Positions 48,872 through 59,109 are shown, counted from the stretch's first letter. The stretch is 64,000 nt of DNA from Pseudomonadota bacterium (GCA_039799965.1 JBDLRS010000111.1:60394-124393), one strand, 5' to 3'. The notes: generated by a model from the letters alone, not told the origin. Numbers and translations: made by a program.

Positions 48872-49207
48872 TTAGTGTAAGCAGCCCTTCCTCAGGGCGT
48901 TAAGTTTCTCTGCGCTCAGTTTCACAGCGGCTATACCGCTCATAATCGCCTCGCCGCTATCGGTGCTATCCTTCTCAACAGCTCCGCGCAGAGCCTCGTT
49001 GTCGAGCACTCCGAGACGCTGCGTTGCAGGTACGAAGATCTCCTTACACTCGCGGCATTGCACCACGACGATGATCCCTTGGTAGGTCACCTTCGTAAGT
49101 TCAGTTGTGAAATTTTCATCATCCGCGCCCACTACGCCACAGCATGGGCAGGTAATTGAATCAACGAATGTCTCGGCGAGTCCCTTCAATCGAAATTTAA
49201 GAGCCAT
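48872..49207 (-). CDS. hypothetical zinc-ribbon protein
   Basis: ORF 48872..49231. ATG 49207 is preceded by GGAGG. 'CPCCG ... CRECKE' is a four-Cys pattern. It overlaps the upstream kinase gene's stop by 11 nt. Confidence 0.55.
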   Translation of the reverse strand: MALKFRLKGLAETFVDSITCPCCGVVGADDENFTTELTKVTYQGIIVVVQCRECKEIFVPATQRLGVLDNEALRGAVEKDSTDSGEAIMSGIAAVKLSAEKLNALRKGCLH

Positions 49208-50141
49208 AGTCCTCCGTGCTTTTTCGCTCATGCAACCGCTTCATCAGGGTTACCACTGAACCGTTCCTATCAAACCGCACTTCATCAACCGCGCTCGACA
49301 TTAACGCCAATCCCCTGCCCGAGCACGCGAGGGAATCCAATCTTCCATTAGCCTGCACCACGTGCGCGTTGAGGAATCCCATGCCCTCATCACGCACCGT
49401 TATCTCAAGACAACCATCGCTGAACGCCAGATCCACATACACGAAGCGGTCGGCGTATCGTGGGTCCGCCAATCTCTGTCTCCGAACAGAGGAGAACCGA
49501 TCGCTGCCATCCGCTTCTATCTCCTCCTTCCACTGAGAATCCAACTCCAAATTGCCATGCTCGAGGCCATTTAAAACCGCCTCCTGTACTGCCAATCGAA
49601 TCTTGAGAGCGTCGGTTTGCGACAACATGCCGCTCTCAGCGAGACGACCGACAAGCGGCAATGAGATCGAGGAGAGCCGTGCTAAATCAGCGCACGAGAA
49701 ACGCATCTCAGCGCGCTCACTTGTGACGAATCGATAGGTCGCGCGCTCACGTTCATCGTTGCGACGAGAGAACACGATCTGCTGGACGATCCGCTCCAAC
49801 CAACTAAAATCAACGGGACGGGCGAGAAGGTCGGTCGCCCCACTACGAAACATCTTCAGAGCGTCTTCATAAGTTGCGTTCGGACTAACCGCGATTATCG
49901 CTTGCGATGGATGCTTCGCAAGAATGTCTCGCAACACGCCCGCGGCGTCCTGCCCGGACAACTCAACGTCAGCGATGATGATGTCGTACGTCCCCTTCTC
50001 AAGAGCTCCCGCCATCGCGGAGCTATCAGGAACAACCTCGTACGACCACCCTCGGCCCGCGAAGAAGCTACCAAACATCTCACGGCTCTGTTCGTTGCCG
50101 TCCGCGAGTAGTATGCATGGAGGGTTAGCGCCCACGCTCAT
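49197..50141 (-). CDS. response-regulator receiver fused to an RsbW/SpoIIAB-like HATPase (anti-sigma-type Ser kinase) domain
   Basis: REC: 'ILLADGNEQ...DIIIADVELSGQD...IAVS'. HATPase_c_2-like: 'AVQEAVLNGLEHGN', 'ITVRDEGMGF', 'GRGLALM'. Confidence 0.7.
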   Translation of the reverse strand: MSVGANPPCILLADGNEQSREMFGSFFAGRGWSYEVVPDSSAMAGALEKGTYDIIIADVELSGQDAAGVLRDILAKHPSQAIIAVSPNATYEDALKMFRSGATDLLARPVDFSWLERIVQQIVFSRRNDERERATYRFVTSERAEMRFSCADLARLSSISLPLVGRLAESGMLSQTDALKIRLAVQEAVLNGLEHGNLELDSQWKEEIEADGSDRFSSVRRQRLADPRYADRFVYVDLAFSDGCLEITVRDEGMGFLNAHVVQANGRLDSLACSGRGLALMSSAVDEVRFDRNGSVVTLMKRLHERKSTEDYGS

Positions 50142-50188
50142 GAATCCCTTCTTATGCTCCGATAACGTTTCGCATCGAATTCCTCTTG

Positions 50189-50509
50189 CTATTGGCTAGT
50201 TGAGTCATCGATAGGAAGCAACTTATCCAACATCAAAAGCTCGAACGTTTCCTTTACAAATCCATCGAGGGGCTTCACCATCAGCACTCCGTTCTCGGCC
50301 TTGAGCCGTTTGTAGCACATGAGCACCTTGCCAATGCCGTAGCTGTTGATGATTTGCGCGCCCGAAAGATCGAGGATGACGGTACGTTTTCCCTGCTCGT
50401 AGACCTCGTTAAACGCCGAACGCAATGCCTCTCCAGCGGTCTCTGTATCGAGATCACTTGTCACTCTGATATAGGCCTTGTCTCCGATGACCTTGGTCGG
50501 AAATTCCAT
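50189..50509 (-). CDS. STAS-domain anti-sigma-factor antagonist (SpoIIAA/RsbV-like)
   Basis: 106-aa ORF with AGGAG SD. 'VILDLSGAQIINSYGIGKVL' carries the candidate phospho-Ser. Confidence 0.75.
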   Translation of the reverse strand: MEFPTKVIGDKAYIRVTSDLDTETAGEALRSAFNEVYEQGKRTVILDLSGAQIINSYGIGKVLMCYKRLKAENGVLMVKPLDGFVKETFELLMLDKLLPIDDSTSQ

Positions 50510-50799
50510 GCGCTACTCCTGCCCTTAAAAGTCGTTACCCACCAAAGCTATCGACCGCTCGTCCGCAAAGCTGAAAGGAAAAGCGCTCCTTGGTGTACAT
50601 ACCTCCCAATAGTCAAACTATACCTCTGGAATCACTCGGCAATTTAATGATCCTCCAGGGCCGCACCACGTCAGGCCCCCGTGAGCATCGGAGGCGGTGG
50701 CTCGCCTTGCTTTTATGTGAGTTAAACCACTATAATCCCAGCCGTTTTTAGGAATTCACCGTGGCCGCCTGGCCACGTCACCGTCTTACGAGGATAGTC

Positions 50800-51564
50800 A
50801 TGTCGCCTTTGGCGGAGTACACCCCGAATCCGATGGATATCCCTGCGACCTCAGAACTCACCGAGAACGCGGATCTTCACGCCTCCTCTGATGAATACGC
50901 AGCCCGATTCGGAGATGCCGTTGGTCAATGGATGCTGCACGTTCAAGAAGATGCTCTGTTTCAACTTTTGGACAGTGCGTGCGCGACGGTCCTCGACGTG
51001 GGCGGAGGACACGGTCAGGTTGCAATCCCCCTTGCACAGCGTGAGCGTTCGGTGACGGTAGTAGGAAGTTCACACCTCTGTGCGCAACGACTCGCGCCCT
51101 TCATCGAGAGTGGAACTATCTCTTTCAAGGTCGCTAACCTAATCGATCTCCCCTATCAAGACAGGTCATTCGCCCTCGCCACAAGCTTCCGATTGATGAG
51201 TCATTGCACTCGGTGGCGCACCTTAGTGGCCGAGTTGTGTCGGGTCTCAGAACACGCGGTGATAATCGACTATCCCGTATGGATGAGCGTTAACATCCTG
51301 GCCCCCTTCCTCTTTTTTGTGAAGCGTACGATCGAGGGGAACACACGAACATATCGAATGTTCTCTACCCGAGAGCTCCAGCGCGAATTCAAGAAGCACG
51401 GCTTCCGACTTGAATGCGCGAAGAAGCAATTCGTGTGGCCGATGGCTCTCCACCGAATGCTCGAAAGCATTCCGCTCTCGAAAAATCTTGAGGTGCCGAT
51501 GCGCTGGCTCGGTATTACCCGTTTCTTCGGTTCGCCCGTTGTGGCTAAATTTGTTCGAGAGTGA
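50800..51564 (+). CDS. class I SAM-dependent methyltransferase
   Basis: ORF 50761..51564; ATG 50800. Motif I 'VLDVGGGHGQ'. Confidence 0.7.
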   Translation: MSPLAEYTPNPMDIPATSELTENADLHASSDEYAARFGDAVGQWMLHVQEDALFQLLDSACATVLDVGGGHGQVAIPLAQRERSVTVVGSSHLCAQRLAPFIESGTISFKVANLIDLPYQDRSFALATSFRLMSHCTRWRTLVAELCRVSEHAVIIDYPVWMSVNILAPFLFFVKRTIEGNTRTYRMFSTRELQREFKKHGFRLECAKKQFVWPMALHRMLESIPLSKNLEVPMRWLGITRFFGSPVVAKFVRE

Positions 51565-53126
51565 AATTAACGATGACATCGGCAGTCGATCCATCAGGAG
51601 AGAACCAATCCGCTCCACGACGAGGGAAACCAGCCTCGCTGCGAGTGCTTCCTGAGATGACTCCGTATATGCGGCTTCGCGAGGGCGGTTGTTTTAATGA
51701 GCCCCTCGAATGGACTGAGGATCGGGACGACAAAACCCCTCGCGCCTTGCGCGGTCTCGCGAAGATCATCGACGGTGGGCTGTGTCACCGGTGCGGTTCG
51801 TGCGTCGGCATCTGCCCAACCGGAGTCCTGGGCCTCGACAACGAGGATTACCCAGCGGTCCATAACCTCTCAGCGTGCACCGACTGCGACCTGTGTGTGA
51901 AGGTATGCCCAGGTGACGAGTTTGATCTTCATGAGGCGTACACAAAAACCCTTGGTGTAGAAGCGGACGTCACGTCGACACATGGGCACTTCATTGATTC
52001 CTTCATCTCCTACTCCACCGATCCGATGATTCGAGAACGCTCGACGAGCGGTGGATTGGTAACGGGGATCCTTCTCAATATGCTTCGACGTCATGAGATC
52101 GATGGAGCTGTCGTGATCGTCTCCGACGACAAAGAGATCTGGAAGGGCAAGCCGATAGTAGCGCGCACGGAGGAGGAGATCCTCTCTGCCATGAAATCGA
52201 AGTACGCTATCTGTCCCACAAACTCGGTGTTCGGAGAGATACGAAACATCCCCGGCCGCTACGCGCTCGTTGGACTCCCCTGCCAAATTCATGGATTCAC
52301 TAAAGCGGCGGAGCTCGACCAACGACTCAAGGAGCGCGTCGTCCTCACCATCGGCCTTTTTTGTCACGCCGCTGTGGAGCACGAGGCGCTGCGCATCATT
52401 TGGGGAGGTCTCGGTGACAAGGTAAAGAACGCCACGAAGTATATCTCTCGTGTGGGTAAACACCCCGGGACCCCACACCTTGAGATGAAGGATGGCTCCC
52501 TCTATCCGGTGTACTTCGGCGAAAAAGAGGGATATCGCCCCTCGTCGATGGAGATCATCAACATCGTCTACCGCCTCTACACCCCAGCTCGGTGTCTCAC
52601 CTGCTTTGACGCGAGCGCTGAATTCGCTGATATCGCGGTGGGAGATCCGTGGATGGCTCCGCCTCACAGCGGCGTGGATTTCTACAAGGGATGGAGCTTT
52701 GGGCTTACGCGCTCCGCTCGCGGAAAGGCGGCGACGGATCAAGCGGCGGCCGATGGTGCGATAGTCAATGAGCCGGTCACCCGCAAAGAGGCGCTTGCGT
52801 GCAACCGTATGATGGGCACCGAGAAACGGTGGAGAGCATTCCGTGTTATTGAAACCCTTCGGCGTCAAGGCAAACCGGTACCGGCCTACGGCCCGCATGG
52901 ATTCCGCTTTCCTCGACAATCAGGGAAACAGTTCGTCAAGACAGAGATCCACATGTTCACCCATATCTTCTGTCATCTTCCTCGGCTTCGGGGCTACGTG
53001 CTGCACCTGACCCTCTCGTCGTGGGGATACGGATTGCTATGGCTCAATAGCCAACGGCGAAAGCTCCGATTCTTTGTCAGAGACAACATGGCGCGCGTTA
53101 AGAACTCACTCTTTGGACGAAGGTAA
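51561..53126 (+). CDS. FrhB-like (coenzyme F420 hydrogenase/dehydrogenase beta-like) 2x[4Fe-4S] protein
   Basis: 'CHRCGSCVGICP' and 'CTDCDLCVKVCP' ferredoxin motifs precede an FrhB-like body. The start (GTG 51561 / ATG 51573) overlaps the upstream stop. Confidence 0.6.
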   Translation: MKLTMTSAVDPSGENQSAPRRGKPASLRVLPEMTPYMRLREGGCFNEPLEWTEDRDDKTPRALRGLAKIIDGGLCHRCGSCVGICPTGVLGLDNEDYPAVHNLSACTDCDLCVKVCPGDEFDLHEAYTKTLGVEADVTSTHGHFIDSFISYSTDPMIRERSTSGGLVTGILLNMLRRHEIDGAVVIVSDDKEIWKGKPIVARTEEEILSAMKSKYAICPTNSVFGEIRNIPGRYALVGLPCQIHGFTKAAELDQRLKERVVLTIGLFCHAAVEHEALRIIWGGLGDKVKNATKYISRVGKHPGTPHLEMKDGSLYPVYFGEKEGYRPSSMEIINIVYRLYTPARCLTCFDASAEFADIAVGDPWMAPPHSGVDFYKGWSFGLTRSARGKAATDQAAADGAIVNEPVTRKEALACNRMMGTEKRWRAFRVIETLRRQGKPVPAYGPHGFRFPRQSGKQFVKTEIHMFTHIFCHLPRLRGYVLHLTLSSWGYGLLWLNSQRRKLRFFVRDNMARVKNSLFGRR

Positions 53127-53127
53127 G

Positions 53128-54366
53128 ATGAAGGTCCTATTTCTAGCGCCCCAACCCTTCTACCAAGAGCGTGGCACACCGATCGCCGTGAAGCTCGCTC
53201 TTGAGACCCTCGCTAAAAAACTGACTCGCGCTGAGCCAACTGAACCGGTGATAGATGTGCTGTGCTACGCTGAGGGAGAGGACGTTCAGATACCAGGAGT
53301 ACGGGTCTATCGTACTCCGAGCCCACGGTGCCTCATGGGCATACGCCCGGGGATATCGCTCAAGAAGCTTTTGTGTGACGTTATCTTCCTCTTCTCCACA
53401 CTCGCTCTCGTTATCAAAGCCCGCAAAGACCAGTACTCGGTGATTCACGCGGTCGAGGAATCTGTGTTCATCGCGTGGCTGGTCAAAAAGGCTTGGGGAA
53501 TTCCCTACATCTACGACATGGACTCCTCCCTCTCCCTTCAAGTGACCGAGAAATGGTGGTGGAGCAAACCACTCTATCCGATCATGAACTTCTTTGAGGG
53601 CATAGCTGTCCGCGGAAGTGTCGCGGTAGCACCGGTATGCGACGCGCTCTCAGCTATCGCCATCAAACACGGATCTCCTCACACCGTGATGCTCAGAGAT
53701 GTTTCACTTTTGCCCCTCTCAACTGAACGAAACGAGTGTCGTAATCGCGCTCTGGGTTTGAGCCTAACTGACAGGCAGCCGGTCATCCTGTACGTCGGCA
53801 ATCTCGAGTTTTACCAAGGGATCGACCTGCTCGTTGAGGCGTTCTCTCACGTTCGCAACCATGAGAGCCAGCCACACCTCGTCATCGTCGGCGGCACACC
53901 TGACTCGATTGAGAAGTATCAAAACAAGTCCACTCATCTGGGGTGTGGCTCGATGGTGAGCTTCTTAGGCCCCCGCCCGATCTCTCAGTTACAGGACTAC
54001 CTCTCAGCAGCCGACATTGTGGTATCTCCGCGCGTGAAGGGAAACAATACCCCGATGAAGATCTACTCCTACCTTCACTCAGGTAAAGCTCTTCTCGCTA
54101 CAGATCTCCCTACCCATCGACAGGTGCTTGATGAGGAGATCTCGGTGCTCGCTCCAGCGGATCCTGTCGGCTTCGCAGAGGGTCTGCGCGTCCTTCTCGA
54201 TAATCCAAGCCTGCGGGACGCGATCGGGAATACGGCCCGACGTCGCGCAGAGGCCCTCTATACTCTCACCGCATTTGAGACCCAGCTCACGGCGCTCTAT
54301 GACGAGGTGCGCGCAAGGGTTTCGGTGGGAAGTCCTCACGATGTTGTCGTACAAGAGGAAGGGTAA
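53128..54366 (+). CDS. glycosyltransferase (GT-B fold, family 4-like)
   Basis: ORF 53074..54366. ATG 53128 gives 'MKVLFLAPQPFYQERGTPIAV'. C-terminal 'VSPR..GNNTPMKIYSYLHSGKALLATD' (E/K-x7-E-like region). Confidence 0.75.
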   Translation: MKVLFLAPQPFYQERGTPIAVKLALETLAKKLTRAEPTEPVIDVLCYAEGEDVQIPGVRVYRTPSPRCLMGIRPGISLKKLLCDVIFLFSTLALVIKARKDQYSVIHAVEESVFIAWLVKKAWGIPYIYDMDSSLSLQVTEKWWWSKPLYPIMNFFEGIAVRGSVAVAPVCDALSAIAIKHGSPHTVMLRDVSLLPLSTERNECRNRALGLSLTDRQPVILYVGNLEFYQGIDLLVEAFSHVRNHESQPHLVIVGGTPDSIEKYQNKSTHLGCGSMVSFLGPRPISQLQDYLSAADIVVSPRVKGNNTPMKIYSYLHSGKALLATDLPTHRQVLDEEISVLAPADPVGFAEGLRVLLDNPSLRDAIGNTARRRAEALYTLTAFETQLTALYDEVRARVSVGSPHDVVVQEEG

Positions 54367-54371
54367 AATCA

Positions 54372-55439
54372 ATGCGATCATTTCTGATTACGCTCGCGAT
54401 GACAACGTTCGGAATCGTTGTGGCACTTGGTTTTGTCGAGGTGGGCGTACGAGCCCTCGCTCCATCCGCGCCAAAAGGGCCAAAGTGGAGCGATCGTCCG
54501 GTATTCTATTTCCGCGCTCCCGGAGCACCAACGATGCAAAACTACCCGTACAACCCACAAAAGCCTGCGGGCACCTTTCGAGTGGCGGTAGTGGGAGATT
54601 CCTTCACCTTCGCTCCCTTTATGCAGTTCACCGATACGTTCTCCTATAAGCTTCAACAGATGCTCAAGGTGAGTGGCAGCCCGAGAGAGGTCGAGGTGAT
54701 AAACTACGGCGTGCCCGCGTACTCGACCTCACATGAGATCGACACAACGAAGCAAGCTATCACCGAGGGCGCGGACCTCATTATCCTCCAAATCACCCTT
54801 AACGATCCGGAGATCAAGGCGCACAGACCGACCGGCCTCACTGAGAATATGGAGGACCGATTCGGTCCGTTGCGACTCAAAGGGTCTATGAAACATCTCG
54901 CACGGCACTGGAAGACCCTCGGGTTTATCCTGACACGCCTCCATAACTCTCGCACACATCAGGCGTATACCGATTACTTTACCAGCCTCTTCATGGAGGA
55001 GAAAACGTGGACGCCGTTTACGGAATCGATGGGCCGACTTGTGGGATTGGCGAGGGAATCAAAGGTCCCGATCGTGTCGGTCGTGTTCCCTCTTTTCGGG
55101 ATGCCGATGGATGACAAGTACCCCTTCTACCCTATCCACACTAAGGTGAAGAACCTCATGACCTCCCTCGAAGTTCCGATCCTTGATGTCTCAGATATCT
55201 ATAAGGGGATTCCTCTTGAGCACCTTCAGGTTATTCCCGGTGTAGACCGCCATCCGAACGAGATCGCACACCGCATGGCGGCGGAGCATATCTATCTGTG
55301 GCTTGAGGGACAGAGCAGGATTCCTGAGGAGTTTGTGATCAAAGAGAAGTTCGCGACCCGACTCGGAGTAAATCGACAACGGCCGTGGGTTTCACCACAA
55401 ACACCTGTCGCCACCCCCTCAAGGGTCTCAGCTCAATAA
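54372..55439 (+). CDS. SGNH/GDSL-family hydrolase
   Basis: N-terminal TM, block I 'RVAVVGDSFTFA', and a distal 'DRHPN' (D-x-x-H-like). Confidence 0.65.
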   Translation: MRSFLITLAMTTFGIVVALGFVEVGVRALAPSAPKGPKWSDRPVFYFRAPGAPTMQNYPYNPQKPAGTFRVAVVGDSFTFAPFMQFTDTFSYKLQQMLKVSGSPREVEVINYGVPAYSTSHEIDTTKQAITEGADLIILQITLNDPEIKAHRPTGLTENMEDRFGPLRLKGSMKHLARHWKTLGFILTRLHNSRTHQAYTDYFTSLFMEEKTWTPFTESMGRLVGLARESKVPIVSVVFPLFGMPMDDKYPFYPIHTKVKNLMTSLEVPILDVSDIYKGIPLEHLQVIPGVDRHPNEIAHRMAAEHIYLWLEGQSRIPEEFVIKEKFATRLGVNRQRPWVSPQTPVATPSRVSAQ

Positions 55440-55768
55440 CGCCTCACGAGAGAAAAGACACTCGGCAGGCTGGGCACCTTAGATGCCGGTTCCTACCGAG
55501 TGGATTCGCGAAATCAGGCGCACAAATGTCGTCGCAAGCGCCTTTTTTAACGAGATATATTCACCTCGCCAGCTATCATGTTTTTTCTGTAAAAATCTAC
55601 GAATTGCTAGTGTTGCTTCTCGCAAAAGTCATTAGACTAGAGCTAGCTGTGCTTGGTGAAGTTAATACAAGTGTGGGGAGAGATGTTCGCTCTCACAGCT
55701 CCGATATGAGAAACATACAACCTTCTCCGACGCTCTTCGACAATGCGTTGGGACAAACACGAGGAACC

Positions 55769-56245
55769 ATGAAAAAGATACTACGAGCCCTCTCAGTAAC
55801 CTTGGCGGCCCTCTCCTTCGGAGTAGCGGCACAGGCGCAAACAATCGCCTCCTGCACCACCGTGAAGAGCCTTCCATCAAAGAATTTCATCTACAAGAAC
55901 TCGGCTCCGCTGCGCAGCGGGGGACCTGGAACACCACTGATCGGATTCCGACGACAACCAACTCTGATCATGAATAAGTCATACACACGCTCAGGCACGC
56001 GGGTATATGACTCTCAGGACAACCTCCTCGTGAGTTGTCCATGGGCGACAGCTCACGGGCACGCTGGAGGCCGTTTCCGGTGCACTAATTCAACTGCACT
56101 CATGCGAAGAAAAGCGATTAAGAACACAGGCTCCCCTTCCGTGTTCTTCGTAACGAATCCTCGCACGAAGTCCTGCGCGCGAGTTCCAGACGCTGGGCGA
56201 TGCTACGGCAGTGTCAAGGGAGAGTGCAACCAGCTCATCAAGTAG
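55769..56245 (+). CDS. hypothetical secreted Cys-rich protein
   Basis: ORF 55385..56245. ATG 55769 follows GAGGAA and gives the signal peptide 'MKKILRALSVTLAALSFGVAAQA'. Confidence 0.5.
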   Translation: MKKILRALSVTLAALSFGVAAQAQTIASCTTVKSLPSKNFIYKNSAPLRSGGPGTPLIGFRRQPTLIMNKSYTRSGTRVYDSQDNLLVSCPWATAHGHAGGRFRCTNSTALMRRKAIKNTGSPSVFFVTNPRTKSCARVPDAGRCYGSVKGECNQLIK

Positions 56246-56324
56246 CTTTGAGGCAACCGGAACTACTCCTGAAGATGTTGGGCGAATCTGTTCGCCCAGC
56301 ATCTTTTGTTGTTCATTATGTCCA

Positions 56325-57089
56325 TCAAAGGACCGAGGACAGGAACCGTCGAGCGGCCCTCAGGGGCGAGTTACGAGTACCCCACTGCGAGATAGTTCCC
56401 GCTGAAAGGATCGCATCCTGAAGACTGCTCCAGGCGCTCACGACCTCATCAACTGGGCGTGTCACTACGAGCTCGACCCCGAAACTCCCCACAAGCTCCT
56501 CGTCGCTCTTCGTAGGGAGGGGATCGGTGCCGTAAAGGAGCTTAAATCCCCTACTCCTCGCGTACCGAAGCAGGTACGACGGAGGCCCAAGTTGCGATCG
56601 TATTGAGATATCTCCGGCGATAAGGGCCCTTGAGGCGGTAGTATCCAGAAGGGTACGAACCACCTTCCCCCGACTGCCCAACCACTTTCCCGGCGACCAC
56701 GGAAGGCATGCCAAGCCCCCAAGCTCACCGATGCGAGAGATATACTCAGCGGCCGAGGAGCCGTCTGGAGAAGAACGCTGTACGCCTAGTCCAAGAACCT
56801 CAAGCCGTTCACTCGTCACGTACTGCACCCCTTGAACGATCACCAGCGAGCCGTCGCCAAGGCGCGCGATACCCGCCTGACCATCCCACAGATCATTCCA
56901 GTCGCCGAACGACGGCACCTCACGGCGAAGACGAGCAAGGGAATCCTGCCCCTCTCGATCCACCACGAATACCACCGAGGCACAATCACCACCCCCTCCG
57001 AGATTTCGAACAGCAGCCTCGCACCATTCCTTGACAGAGTACGAGTCATACAGATGCGCATGCGTATCAATTCGTAGAAGGGCTCTCAT
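56325..57089 (-). CDS. hypothetical metal-dependent-hydrolase-like protein
   Basis: 254-aa ORF. The N-terminal 'IDTHAHLYD' motif (amidohydrolase/PHP-like) is the only clue. Confidence 0.4.
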   Translation of the reverse strand: MRALLRIDTHAHLYDSYSVKEWCEAAVRNLGGGGDCASVVFVVDREGQDSLARLRREVPSFGDWNDLWDGQAGIARLGDGSLVIVQGVQYVTSERLEVLGLGVQRSSPDGSSAAEYISRIGELGGLACLPWSPGKWLGSRGKVVRTLLDTTASRALIAGDISIRSQLGPPSYLLRYARSRGFKLLYGTDPLPTKSDEELVGSFGVELVVTRPVDEVVSAWSSLQDAILSAGTISQWGTRNSPLRAARRFLSSVL

Positions 57090-57098
57090 GCGCGGGTC

Positions 57099-57965
57099 CT
57101 ACATAGAGTCTATCAGCGTGAACAGCTCATCTCGAATACCTGGCTGCACGATGATTATGGGATTATTAGGCTCAATCTTCCAATCATGGAGCGGAATCCG
57201 GCGACCGAGCGGATCCAACCATACCTCTAGCCCAGCCTCTGCGGCGAGCAGCGTCGCTGAGAAATCCCACGGCTTCGCGGCGAACTGAACGCTCATCTGC
57301 TCAAATCCCTGGGCGAGTCGAGCACAGTCGTTAGCAAATCCCCCGAATCGGTACATATTCTCAATCGCGTTATGGTTCTTCAGGTGTTGCATGACCCGTG
57401 TCTCGCCGTGATGCCCCACAAAGAAAAGCACCCCTGCCTGCACGAGCGCCGAGCATCCGGGAGGCGAGAGCCGCTCCCGCGAACCGACCTGACCGACTGA
57501 GAAATCGGGGGTAGAGATGTAGGTTCCATACCCCTTCACCGCGGTGAGCAATCGGCTGTGCGGAACGCTAAAGAATGACGCGACCGCGAGTTGTCCCTCG
57601 TACACATAGCCAACGAGGGGCCCGTACCCGACATGGCCACCCTTTTGGCCGAAGAAGCGTTTGCACGAGGTTGTGCCATCAAGGGGGTCAACAAGGAAAT
57701 AACTACCGGCGGAATGGATGAGCCCATGAGAGCTTTCGTCCTCCTCAGCCACCACGGGATGTCCCGCCGGAAGATTGGAGAGGACCCGACGCTGACTTTC
57801 AACGTCTATGTTCATGACAAGGGTATGGTCACCTTTTACAGTGACTTCAAGCGCCGCCCCAGAGCGGCCCGCTTCATCGAGATATCGGCCAGCGTCCAAG
57901 ACAGCGGCCTCAACGGTGTCAACGATCGAACGGAACGGACTAGCGATAAAAGGGTCGTTTTGCAT
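57099..57965 (-). CDS. inositol monophosphatase-family phosphatase
   Basis: 'VVAEEDES', 'LVDPLDGTTS', 'WDFSATLLAAEAG'. Confidence 0.8.
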   Translation of the reverse strand: MQNDPFIASPFRSIVDTVEAAVLDAGRYLDEAGRSGAALEVTVKGDHTLVMNIDVESQRRVLSNLPAGHPVVAEEDESSHGLIHSAGSYFLVDPLDGTTSCKRFFGQKGGHVGYGPLVGYVYEGQLAVASFFSVPHSRLLTAVKGYGTYISTPDFSVGQVGSRERLSPPGCSALVQAGVLFFVGHHGETRVMQHLKNHNAIENMYRFGGFANDCARLAQGFEQMSVQFAAKPWDFSATLLAAEAGLEVWLDPLGRRIPLHDWKIEPNNPIIIVQPGIRDELFTLIDSM

Positions 57966-58079
57966 ACCCGAAGTCTAGTCCTTTATCCGCCTCTTTGCCA
58001 CGGCCACAGCCACGGCCTCGCTCAGCCCCCAAATCCCCCGCTAGCGACCTCTTAGCCTGATACCGTACACTGGATAGGT

Positions 58080-59096
58080 ATGACCAAGGATGTCGCGGAC
58101 CTCTTCGCGGAAGCCCGCCCCGACAAAAAAGTAGCTACACTTCCCCTCGGCTCTATCGTGACCGAGTACCTTAGGTTTTACGCCGAGGGCCGAGGCCATA
58201 CCGCAAGAGCTAAACAGCTTGACACGGATAAGTTCCTTGAGTTCTTAAAACGCTTCAAACGCAAAAAGGAGATAGACGACCTCTCGGTTGAGGATTGGGA
58301 CCTCTCCTCGACACAACGCTTCATTGACGAGGCCCTACGGGTTGGCGAGGCGCCCGCGACCGTCTCAAGACGGCTTGCAACTCTTAAACACATGGGGCGG
58401 GTTCTCTCAGAGCGGATCCCCGGATTTGTGAACCCAGCTCGTGATGTGAAGCCACCCCGACTTCAGACCCGCCGACCAAAATCTATCAATGCCCATGAGG
58501 TTGCAGAGGTCAAAGCCAAGGCGGCTTCAGCGCGAAGCGAAAAGAACTCCTTTAATCGGTTGCGCAATGAGACCCTGCTCAAGCTGCTCCTCGATACCGG
58601 ACTCCGCGCCGAAGAGATCCGAACGATCAAGATGAATCAATTGAGCGACAAACTTGACTGGATTCGACAGGTGCGAACGAAGGGACGAAATTTCAGAGAT
58701 GTCTACATCACCTCCGAGATGCGGGCGCCCCTCCAAGTCTACCTCAATCAGCGCGCGCATGAGTTAGCTCGTTTTTTCCCTAAGATGAGCGCCTCGGTCG
58801 ACGCGACCCTTCCCCTCTTTATCAGCTCTTATGGAGCCTCGGCGAGCGACCTGCAAAGTTTTGAGTTGAGCCCAAAGAGTGTCTGGCGCGCGATCCGCTC
58901 CTTCTCCGTTGACACCAAGCTTCACCCGCATCTTCTCCGGCACACCTACGCCACCAACCTCTTGAACGATTCCCGAGATATTCGATTGGTCGCTCAAGCG
59001 CTTGGCCACAGTGATGTCCGGGTCACCATGCGTTACACTGAGCGTGGAAACGAGGAGGTCGCGGAGGCGTTAGAGAGGGTACGCAAGAATAAATGA
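58080..59096 (+). CDS. tyrosine site-specific recombinase (XerC/D-like or integrase)
   Basis: 'DTGLRAEEI', 'HLLRHTYATNLL', 'LGHSDVRVTMRYT'. Confidence 0.85.
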   Translation: MTKDVADLFAEARPDKKVATLPLGSIVTEYLRFYAEGRGHTARAKQLDTDKFLEFLKRFKRKKEIDDLSVEDWDLSSTQRFIDEALRVGEAPATVSRRLATLKHMGRVLSERIPGFVNPARDVKPPRLQTRRPKSINAHEVAEVKAKAASARSEKNSFNRLRNETLLKLLLDTGLRAEEIRTIKMNQLSDKLDWIRQVRTKGRNFRDVYITSEMRAPLQVYLNQRAHELARFFPKMSASVDATLPLFISSYGASASDLQSFELSPKSVWRAIRSFSVDTKLHPHLLRHTYATNLLNDSRDIRLVAQALGHSDVRVTMRYTERGNEEVAEALERVRKNK

Positions 59097-59109
59097 ATGT
59101 CGCGAGCAG

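Noticed and set aside
51870-52919. 349-aa minus-strand ORF
   Set aside because: It is antisense to the FrhB-like gene, which has clear Fe-S motifs. It shows no motifs of its own and has a shadow-ORF composition.
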